Source: Candidatus Woesearchaeota archaeon
GTDB lineage: Archaea; Nanobdellota; Nanobdellia; Woesearchaeales; CG1-02-33-12
DNA: 41,337 bases
Assembly: GCA_017610275.1 (NCBI GenBank)
Contig: JAFCCI010000002.1
Span: 1-41,337 of the forward strand
Direction: 5' to 3'
The notes below the pieces were generated by a model. That model did not search any database, was not told the origin of the DNA, and worked only from the letters and a program-made list of their open reading frames with translations. Position 1 is the stretch's first letter, and each line of letters opens with the position of its first letter. Positions 9,278 to 16,739 of the stretch are shown here, piece after piece. Made by a program: the position numbers and the translations under genes.

Positions 9278-10789
9278 TTATTTCTTATAAAAATCTTGGC
9301 TGCAAGGACAACCCTTTCTTGGATTTCTTATATGATTTCCTAAGATAATTCGATTAGCTGAAAGAGAATTATAGTATATACTATCCCTTATTGTAAAACC
9401 ATAAACTTCTGGGTAAAATATTTTCTTGACTTCTCCAACAATCATTGCACTAATTATCTGGTTTGACATAACAACACTTGGATCATGGTTATCTGCAATA
9501 CAACTAGTCGGGGTAATATCATTTTCTTTAGCCTCCTTTTGTGCCAGTAAATACACATTCTTATGGCAATCTATACAAGCAGTTTTTCCAGGATTATATA
9601 CACTAACCTGTCCTGAAAAAGGTTCTGTTCCTGCATCTATATATGGAATCTTATTTTTTACAGCTATTTTATTAATAAAAGCCCTAGTGGTAAAAGTATC
9701 GACTCCCCCTATAATTAAATCACAATTAAGTTTTAGAAGTTCTGACTCACCGATAAGTTTTACCCCTTGGCTTCTTTCATTTTCATTAAGATATTCACCT
9801 ACCTTTCCATATAATCCTTTAATATTAATATTAGGGTTTATGTTCTTCAAAGCTTTAGAAAGCACGTCTACTTTTCTTTTGCCTATATTATTTTCAAAAT
9901 TATAAAGAATTTGTCGATTTGGATTAGTAGCATCTACTTCATCCATATCAATCATATATATTTGATTTATTCCTAAAAGGGATAATCCTAAACCAACAAA
10001 ATTTCCTACTGCTCCTGCACCTATCATTACAATTTTTTTATCCTTAAATAAATCTTTTTCATTAAGATAACAGTCAAAATTAAGAGTTATGTCTGATTTG
10101 TCCTCAAATCTTTTATTTGATAATAAATTATAAGTTACTGCTTTTTTTAGTAATTTATCATTTGGTTTTAATTTAAGAATAGATTTTCTAATCTCTTCTG
10201 TAGCCAATCCACCAATGAGCCCATTAGGTATGTTTCCCTGTTTGGAGTTTTCAAAATCTAAAAATAAATAATCTTCTATAGTTTTTGAATTATTGTTTTT
10301 TGATAAAAGGATTTTTTCTACTTGATTCATTGGTTCATAAACCATTATCTTTCCTTTGTTTTCGCTTGTAGAAGCAGTAATTAAAGGTATTCTTAACCTA
10401 TCTGAAAGTTTTAGACTATTCAATTTTGAGCTCGGTTTGTTTGTAAGATCAACTAAAACATTTGGTTTTCCTATTAAATCATAAAAAGGCTCAGAATGTA
10501 TGCCCAACACATTAATATTTTCATTCATCTGAGAGATTATTTTTTCAAGGTGCTTAACCTTACTTATTTTTTCCTTTTTTTTATAGTAGTTAAAAAAAAG
10601 AAATTCATTAATGTCATTGTGATAATAGTTATTATCAATAATTCTTATATTTCCAACTTGCAATCCTGTAAGATTAGCTAAAACAAAATTACATAAAGAA
10701 CCAGCCCCTATTATTGTTACAAGAGAACCATCTAACTTTTTTTGGTCCCAATTTGTTATTCTTTCTTGTCTATCGGTCCTTTCTGAAAT
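9278..10789 (-). CDS. E1-like activating enzyme with tandem ThiF domains (degenerate N-terminal, active C-terminal); probable ATT start
   Basis: The frame extends 42 codons upstream of TTG 10663 as ISERTDRQERITNWDQKKL..VTIIGAGSLC. The C-terminal domain has IGAGAVG, DMDEVDATNPNRQ, GVDTF, CIDC, TSC and CPC. Confidence 0.88.
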   Translation of the reverse strand: MSERTDRQERITNWDQKKLDGSLVTIIGAGSLCNFVLANLTGLQVGNIRIIDNNYYHNDINEFLFFNYYKKKEKISKVKHLEKIISQMNENINVLGIHSEPFYDLIGKPNVLVDLTNKPSSKLNSLKLSDRLRIPLITASTSENKGKIMVYEPMNQVEKILLSKNNNSKTIEDYLFLDFENSKQGNIPNGLIGGLATEEIRKSILKLKPNDKLLKKAVTYNLLSNKRFEDKSDITLNFDCYLNEKDLFKDKKIVMIGAGAVGNFVGLGLSLLGINQIYMIDMDEVDATNPNRQILYNFENNIGKRKVDVLSKALKNINPNINIKGLYGKVGEYLNENERSQGVKLIGESELLKLNCDLIIGGVDTFTTRAFINKIAVKNKIPYIDAGTEPFSGQVSVYNPGKTACIDCHKNVYLLAQKEAKENDITPTSCIADNHDPSVVMSNQIISAMIVGEVKKIFYPEVYGFTIRDSIYYNSLSANRIILGNHIRNPRKGCPCSQDFYKK

Positions 10790-11636
10790 TTATACCACCA
10801 AACAGTTTTTTCTTTCTTTTATGCATTATAAGTTTGTCATCGCTGATTAATTTTGTTTTTAGCTCTTCTAATATTCCATGGTAATCTAAAATCTCCTTAT
10901 CGGATATTATTTCTTTAAGTTTAACATCTTTTTTTATGATTACCTCCTTTTCAGGATATTTAATAGCTATCTCAGCGTAAGGAAGCATAGAATAAAAGCG
11001 ATTAAAAACAAGACTATAAGCAAAAGACACACCCCTATATTTTTTTCTTCTAATACTCTTTACCCCAAGGGTTACTAGCTTTGAAAGATTATTTACCTCT
11101 ATTTCAACATAATCTTCAAAAGGATTTGATCCCTTTACAATAAGGTATTTTTTACCATCATCTTCTTTATTATAGTTTACTTTTAGTGGACCATCCAATA
11201 ACTGAATTATTTCTCTTTTTAACGCTTTTTTATTATGTGGAAAAACTGCTAGATAAAGATTTTTGAAATTATCATCATCATCTGGTGAATGAAAAGGATG
11301 AGATTGGGCATGACTATGCCACCACCCCATTATCTTATAACCTTTATTTTCAATTTCCTTTATTGCATCCATATCAGTTCCCACCTCAGCACTATAATGT
11401 GTACTTTCTACATTCTGTTTATTTGACAAAAAAATATCTTTTACAATACAATCATCATCATTCTTTGGTGTTATAAGATAACCGCCGCACTCAAGCGGTT
11501 TCCTGAAAATCTTGCAAGCTAATGAAGAATATGCTTTTGCTTTTTTGTAAGCATAGTCAGTTATAGGTACCTCATTCAGAAAATCTTTTGTCTTATTTTT
11601 TAATTTGTTTTCTAAAATATATTTTATTTTATCCAT
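10770..11636 (-). CDS. Stand-alone JAB/MPN+ metalloisopeptidase
   Basis: ECGGYL (catalytic Glu) and GWWHSHAQSHPFHSPDD (HxH-x7-S-xx-D); GGAGGT RBS. Confidence 0.88.
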   Translation of the reverse strand: MDKIKYILENKLKNKTKDFLNEVPITDYAYKKAKAYSSLACKIFRKPLECGGYLITPKNDDDCIVKDIFLSNKQNVESTHYSAEVGTDMDAIKEIENKGYKIMGWWHSHAQSHPFHSPDDDDNFKNLYLAVFPHNKKALKREIIQLLDGPLKVNYNKEDDGKKYLIVKGSNPFEDYVEIEVNNLSKLVTLGVKSIRRKKYRGVSFAYSLVFNRFYSMLPYAEIAIKYPEKEVIIKKDVKLKEIISDKEILDYHGILEELKTKLISDDKLIMHKRKKKLFGGINFRKDR

Positions 11637-11644
11637 CTTACCTC

Positions 11645-12913
11645 CTATTTGAATTTATTTGTAACCGGAATATGTTCCCTATTCAGTTCTTCTAAACTAA
11701 TTAGATTATCCCCAAAGTTTTCTTTATTTAACACTAAATGGGGCATCAAATCACCAAAATAACCTGATCTTAAGGCTGGTTCACCAATCTCCTTTAGAAG
11801 GTAGCATACTTTTTCAGCAATCTTGCCTTTTTTATCAAATTCATTTAGTTTTTTACTTACCTCTTCTTTTCTATACTTATCACCATAACAAATTCTTTGT
11901 TCACTTACATTTTTAGTGGGAATTAAAGGATGAGAATATATATCAATTATAACTGGATAACCAACTTCAATCTTATTTTTTTTTGGTGTTAGTTCAACTC
12001 CTAACTTACATTTTTCAAATTTATAATATTCATCAGTCTTAAGCGATTTAAGGGCAAATGGTTTTTCCTTAATAAAAACATAAAAATGGTTATAACTATT
12101 TTTATTTGTTTTTAAGAAACCTATATTTCCTTCTTCATAACATCTTTTATTTACTATACTCAGAAAATTGTCTCTTTGTTTAAGCAGTTGGATTCTTTCG
12201 GTTAATTTCTGTGAGCCATAATCCGCAGCTTTAGTTATCTCAGTAAATAATAATTTTGAGTATTCATTTTCTAAATTCTTTAAGTTCTTTATGAAACTAT
12301 ATGAATAACATGAATTATTTATTTTAAATTTGTTTCTTATTTTTTGATAAAATGTTTTAGGTATTTTTTTGATTTCATATACATTACCATTAGAGATAAG
12401 TATGTTGTTTTTTATTATACCCCTTTCTAGCATGGAGTATTCCCTATTTAAAATATATTCAAAACCATCTTTAGTATTTTTATAGTTATAACTATTTTCT
12501 TTTAATTCTAAAATCTTAAGGATTTTTTTATTTAATTTTTTTTTATGATTCACTTTTTTTTTCTTTTTCTTATGGTTAACTAAAGGAAAAATTTCCCCAA
12601 CAGCAAAATTAATAAGTTCATATTCATTCTTCAATTTATTTATATCTTTTTTTATTAATTGACTTTCTTCTGATTTTGTTTTGGTTAGATTATTAAAAAT
12701 ATCTTTAAATTCATTTTCATTGTTTTTAAAATAAATCATTTCAAGAGATTTTAGAGTTTCCGATTCCTTTAGATTATATTTATTATTAAGCATATAAAAA
12801 AAGCTATTGCCCTCTTCAACCTTAGGCTCAACTGTATAAAGCCTATTGTTCACGATAAGGCAAAGCTTAGATTCTTCTGCAATACTAATAAATAAGGGTT
12901 TTGGGAGATTCAT
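11645..12913 (-). CDS. Putative E2/UBC-like conjugating protein with a duplicated N-terminal module
   Basis: C-terminal PVIIDIYSHPLIP-x8-ICYG resembles the UBC P....YHPN....IC signature. Lies between the candidate Ubl and the JAB/E1 genes. Confidence 0.5.
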   Translation of the reverse strand: MNLPKPLFISIAEESKLCLIVNNRLYTVEPKVEEGNSFFYMLNNKYNLKESETLKSLEMIYFKNNENEFKDIFNNLTKTKSEESQLIKKDINKLKNEYELINFAVGEIFPLVNHKKKKKKVNHKKKLNKKILKILELKENSYNYKNTKDGFEYILNREYSMLERGIIKNNILISNGNVYEIKKIPKTFYQKIRNKFKINNSCYSYSFIKNLKNLENEYSKLLFTEITKAADYGSQKLTERIQLLKQRDNFLSIVNKRCYEEGNIGFLKTNKNSYNHFYVFIKEKPFALKSLKTDEYYKFEKCKLGVELTPKKNKIEVGYPVIIDIYSHPLIPTKNVSEQRICYGDKYRKEEVSKKLNEFDKKGKIAEKVCYLLKEIGEPALRSGYFGDLMPHLVLNKENFGDNLISLEELNREHIPVTNKFK

Positions 12914-12914
12914 A

Positions 12915-13349
12915 TTACTTCAATAGAATATAATCCAGCCCAGAAGAACCCTCTGGTGTTACATGAACTTCCAGATCAAGTCCTTTATACACTTTTTCAT
13001 CAATAGATTTTGGTTCAAAATAATCTTTTGCTATTTCTGTTGGACTTATTAATTCTTGAGTTTCACCATTTCTATTTTGAAAATATTTGTACTCTCCATC
13101 ACTATCTAACGCTTTTATTCCTAACATTTTTTTAGGTCTTTTTGATTCTTCTAAAACGTTTTCTACACTACCCATTACTTCTTTTTCTGTTTCATTAAAA
13201 CCATTATCTTTTATTAGGTATTTTATTAAATCATTCATTGTCAAATTTGGTTCACCATACAACTTCTCACTTACATCTTTAACTATTGCATCTGTTTGTG
13301 TTATTGGACACTTTATACTTGCAATATATGTTTCTTTTTCATCTGCCAT
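12915..13349 (-). CDS. Small protein, candidate ubiquitin-like modifier (precursor with tail after PEG/SG)
   Basis: First gene of the E2-JAB-E1 operon; ends LDLEVHVTPEGSSG-LDYILLK; paralog at 16188-16607. Confidence 0.45.
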   Translation of the reverse strand: MADEKETYIASIKCPITQTDAIVKDVSEKLYGEPNLTMNDLIKYLIKDNGFNETEKEVMGSVENVLEESKRPKKMLGIKALDSDGEYKYFQNRNGETQELISPTEIAKDYFEPKSIDEKVYKGLDLEVHVTPEGSSGLDYILLK

Positions 13350-13395
13350 TTTTTACCTCCAAAAATGTTTAATTTTAATTAATAAGAAGAATTTC

Positions 13396-13436
13396 TTTTT
13401 TATATGCATTTCCGATAAAAAAGAGGTATTTTTCCG
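13396..13436 (-). promoter_or_regulatory. 41-bp island promoter element, copy 1 (32/41 identical to copy 2)
   Basis: Minus strand CGGAAAAATACCTCTTTTTTATCGGAAATGCATATAAAAAA, upstream of the Ubl-E2-JAB-E1 operon. Confidence 0.6.
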
Positions 13437-13524
13437 GACATAACGTGAATCTTTAGAAATAAACCGGAAAATATTCAACTTTAAATAAATAATTAAAAAG
13501 CAAATAAAAGAGTTAGTATCTATA

Positions 13525-14592
13525 TCACGAAAGATAATCATCCATTCTATTACCTGAATTTTCAACCCTGTTAAGTTGGGTTGTTATGATATTATCTGCT
13601 AGTTTTCTAATTCCAGGATGTGTTCCTAAATAATAGCTGTTAAGTATATTTGGATTGTTTGCAATGGATCCCATATTTTTTAGACCGTCATTTAATTTTT
13701 CATGCAAATCATTTGAATAATTACCTAACATAGCAACAGATTCATATAATACGTTGATAATCCTGCCTTCTGATATAAGAGTACCCCATTGTTTTTTTGT
13801 ATTTCTAACATAACGTAAGATCCCACTTGTTTTATCACCAATTATTTCACAAACTTCTATTCCTGTAGTAAGCATATCTTCAAGATCATTAAGAATTTCA
13901 TCTTCTTTAGACCTATCACCTATCTTATTAGCTGCACGATTTTTTTGGTGTATAACTGTTCTTGATTTTCTTTCCGCATTCTTATATCCCTTTTTAAAAA
14001 TAAAAAATTTATTATCACCTTTTTTTGTTGATTTAATTCTCTCTCCTGATTCTAAGTAAACTTCATTCAACTCTGGTTCCATTTTTTTTAATTTATTATA
14101 AGTTTTTGTGCTATCAGCCCATTCTTCAAGTATACTATCCCTATAAATTATTAATTCTTTTAATTGTTTTTTTGAATCAAAAATAATGCTTTTTAGCCCT
14201 GAATTCATATTTGATATATTGTTTAGTTGTTTATCAAATATATCTTCTATTGAGTATAGCTCCTTACCAAATATTTTTGATTTGATAAAGTCCACTGAAC
14301 TTACATAAATTTTGTAAGGAATTGGTTTACCAGCAAGGAGTTTTCTATTCATCTCTAAGTTTAATTTAGCTATATCTTTTATATTTTCTTCTAATCCAAC
14401 AAAATCAGATCCATTTGAAGATATTCTTGAATTTTTTAGATTATATACAATTGAATTTTCTTCTGGAAAATAATCATTTTTATGCTCATTTTTTAAAAAC
14501 CCATACTTTTCAAGTTTTTGAATTAATAAATCTTGATTGCCCATTTGCTTTTGACTATTTGCTTTAATTTTTTTTATTAAATTTTCATCCAT
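13525..14592 (-). CDS. Hypothetical coiled-coil/helical protein
   Basis: Long amphipathic helices; ATG 14592 follows an AGGTGA RBS; third gene of a three-gene unit. Confidence 0.65.
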   Translation of the reverse strand: MDENLIKKIKANSQKQMGNQDLLIQKLEKYGFLKNEHKNDYFPEENSIVYNLKNSRISSNGSDFVGLEENIKDIAKLNLEMNRKLLAGKPIPYKIYVSSVDFIKSKIFGKELYSIEDIFDKQLNNISNMNSGLKSIIFDSKKQLKELIIYRDSILEEWADSTKTYNKLKKMEPELNEVYLESGERIKSTKKGDNKFFIFKKGYKNAERKSRTVIHQKNRAANKIGDRSKEDEILNDLEDMLTTGIEVCEIIGDKTSGILRYVRNTKKQWGTLISEGRIINVLYESVAMLGNYSNDLHEKLNDGLKNMGSIANNPNILNSYYLGTHPGIRKLADNIITTQLNRVENSGNRMDDYLS

Positions 14593-14614
14593 TTTTTTCA
14601 CCTTTATAGTTTTA

Positions 14615-14851
14615 TTATTTCTTGTCTTTTGGATAATATAATGTCAGGCTTTTTTCAAGCCCATCAAGTTGAATTGTATCTTCCATGACTTTTTTATCGA
14701 CAGTTTGGTAATAAGCAGGTTTTGTATAACTAATGTCTTTTTTTATTTCATTATTTATGTCTATTTTTTCACATCCTCCACCCATATAATATCCAATTGA
14801 GAATATCGCAAAATACTTCAATAATTTAAAGCCGAATCTGATAAGCCCCAT
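14615..14851 (-). CDS. Small putative lipoprotein / exported protein
   Basis: Basic N-terminus, hydrophobic stretch, then MGGG-C (lipobox-like); GGGGTGA RBS. Confidence 0.55.
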   Translation of the reverse strand: MGLIRFGFKLLKYFAIFSIGYYMGGGCEKIDINNEIKKDISYTKPAYYQTVDKKVMEDTIQLDGLEKSLTLYYPKDKK

Positions 14852-15358
14852 TCACTGCTCACCCCTTTCAAAATAATCATTGACTTTCTTTTCAAGGTTT
14901 TTGTAAAACTCCTTGACTTTTGGTTTTTGTTCTTCAGCAAAATCTACAATTTTATTGTATGTACTATCAATTTTTTCACTGATTAATGGCTTTATTATCC
15001 TGAGCTTTCTCTCATTAGACATCTCGCTTATTCTTTTCTCAAGAAGATCATCGCTGAACATGTCTGCTATTTCTTTGTCATAGTTGTTTTCAATACCAAT
15101 TTTGCTTATATCTAGAATATAATTCTTGAATTCTTCAGGATTTTTGCTGATAATCCCTTTTGTATACCCAAAAAGCTCATCCATATTTTTCCCGGCAATG
15201 CCATACCTTGGCTGCTCTTGTTTTTCAGTCACCACAATCACCTTCTCCTGCACAACAGGTTTTGTTTTCTCTGTTTTTCCACATCCAGCACCAAGGTAGC
15301 TTGTTGCTGCAATCGCTCCTGTCAAAAACAAAATTCCAATTGTTCTTTTTAATCCCAT
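14852..15358 (-). CDS. Putative lipoprotein
   Basis: MGLKR, hydrophobic core, LGAG-C lipobox-like motif. Confidence 0.65.
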   Translation of the reverse strand: MGLKRTIGILFLTGAIAATSYLGAGCGKTEKTKPVVQEKVIVVTEKQEQPRYGIAGKNMDELFGYTKGIISKNPEEFKNYILDISKIGIENNYDKEIADMFSDDLLEKRISEMSNERKLRIIKPLISEKIDSTYNKIVDFAEEQKPKVKEFYKNLEKKVNDYFERGEQ

Positions 15359-15380
15359 CTTGAGATAACATTAACATTTG

Positions 15381-15421
15381 TTTTTAATAAGCATTTCCAA
15401 GAAAAAAGATGAGAATTTCCG
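15381..15421 (-). repeat. 41-bp island promoter element, copy 2
   Basis: Plus strand tttttaataagcatttccaagaaaaaagatgagaatttccg. The minus strand ends in BRE/TATA-like GAAATGCTTATTAAAAA, 23 nt before ATG 15358. Confidence 0.8.
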
Positions 15422-15483
15422 TTATTTTTGTAAATATTTTAAGATAAGTGTAAATTTTTTGGAGAATTACAGTTTAGAAATTC

Positions 15484-16137
15484 CTAAGCATTGTTTTTAT
15501 TTTGAGCTATAAAACAATAATAATCCCTGCTGTCTTTCCAGATTTTGAGAATTTTGAAATTATGGTAATGTTTTTTTATAACTTTTTTATTATAGATAAA
15601 GTGAGTTAATCCCTTCTCATTGCCCATTGTTGGAACATATGTTCTTGGAGCTATTTTTTTAGCTGTCTTAATAAGATAATCCCTAACCTTGCCATTGGAA
15701 ATCCTTCCGCTAAGTGTTATAAAAATAAGCCCTCCTGGCTTCAGCACCCTTTCAATCTCTTTTATTGCACCTTTTATTTCATTGACTTTGCCATGCTGTA
15801 AGACCTGGACACTAATCACTGCATCAAAAAAATTATCTTCATAAGGAAGCTTATTTAATACATTGCCTAATTTAAGGCTGCATTTTCTTTCCTTTTTTAA
15901 CCTCTTTTTGATGATTTCCAGCCCTTCAGGCGCACAATCGATGCCATATACATCAAAGCCTTTTTCCAATAAATAAACAAGATTCCTGCCAGCACCACAA
16001 CCCAAGTCGAGAACTCTTTTAATCTTTTGTTTTTTAAAGATAGTTAATATATTGGACATATCTTCATGCGGTTTGAATATATTATAATACCCATACTTTT
16101 TACCTTCTTTTTTGTATATTTCATCCCATTGAAGCAT
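15484..16137 (-). CDS. Class I SAM-dependent methyltransferase
   Basis: VLDLGCGAGRN, LPYEDNFFDAV, RVLKPGGLI. Confidence 0.93.
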   Translation of the reverse strand: MLQWDEIYKKEGKKYGYYNIFKPHEDMSNILTIFKKQKIKRVLDLGCGAGRNLVYLLEKGFDVYGIDCAPEGLEIIKKRLKKERKCSLKLGNVLNKLPYEDNFFDAVISVQVLQHGKVNEIKGAIKEIERVLKPGGLIFITLSGRISNGKVRDYLIKTAKKIAPRTYVPTMGNEKGLTHFIYNKKVIKKHYHNFKILKIWKDSRDYYCFIAQNKNNA

Positions 16138-16187
16138 TTAATTTATTATATTTTAATTCTATATAATCTTTTCTAAATCCAAAATTT

Positions 16188-16607
16188 CTATTTTGTTCTT
16201 TCTCCATCAGGAGCAGGACAACACATAAGTTCTAAATTCAATGCCTTATACTTTATTTCGTCAAGAGTGTTATTTTTAAAATAATCTTTTGATATTTCAA
16301 GCCCAATTTTTTCTATAATTTGCCCATTCTCGTTTTTATCTAACATCTCATAATTATCCTGTCCATTAATCTTTATCAGTAACATATTATAACTCTTTCT
16401 TCCTCCTTTTATTTCATATTTTAAGGCTTTTTTTAGTTCTTTTTCCTCTTCATCAAATCCATCATCCTTTAATAAATAACCTATTAATTCGTTAATATTT
16501 AAGCTTGGGTTATCTTTTAGTTTTTTAGTTATATCTTTCATAATTGGCATATAATAATCATTATACTTTTTTACACTTGCAATATATGGTTCATCTTTCT
16601 GTTCCAT
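16188..16607 (-). CDS. Paralog of the candidate Ubl (12915-13349)
   Basis: Shares YIAS.K, KD...KL...P.L..N.LI.YL.KD.GF.E.EKE, EI.KDYF.....DE..YK.L.LE and a terminal P[DE]G plus short tail. ATG 16607 aligns with the paralog's start. Confidence 0.7.
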   Translation of the reverse strand: MEQKDEPYIASVKKYNDYYMPIMKDITKKLKDNPSLNINELIGYLLKDDGFDEEEKELKKALKYEIKGGRKSYNMLLIKINGQDNYEMLDKNENGQIIEKIGLEISKDYFKNNTLDEIKYKALNLELMCCPAPDGERTK

Positions 16608-16631
16608 TTTCACTCAAAATATAATGGGCTC

Positions 16632-16672
16632 TTTTTAATAAGCATTTCTAAGAAAAAAGATGAGAATTTCCG
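16632..16672 (-). repeat. 41-bp island promoter element, copy 3 (40/41 identical to copy 2)
   Basis: Plus strand tttttaataagcatttctaagaaaaaagatgagaatttccg, 25 nt upstream of ATG 16607. Confidence 0.8.
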
Positions 16673-16739
16673 CTATATATGCAATATTTCCGAAATAAGG
16701 TAATTTAGAGTTAAATAAAAAGAAGTGATATAATTATAT

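Noticed and set aside
9278-10789. ThiF/MoeB as a thiamine, molybdopterin or tRNA-thiolation enzyme
   Set aside because: No thi/moa/ncsA genes or rhodanese domain nearby; the tandem-domain layout and JAB/E2-like neighbours favour conjugation (not formally excluded).
12524-12580. Poly-A tracts and VNHKKK duplication as a phase-variation site
   Set aside because: The frame is intact and A-runs are ubiquitous in this AT-rich window; read-level length variation would be needed.
13353-13565. 70-aa ORF in the island intergenic region
   Set aside because: It spans the promoter element and the next gene's RBS, starts at TTG inside another gene, and has no motif.
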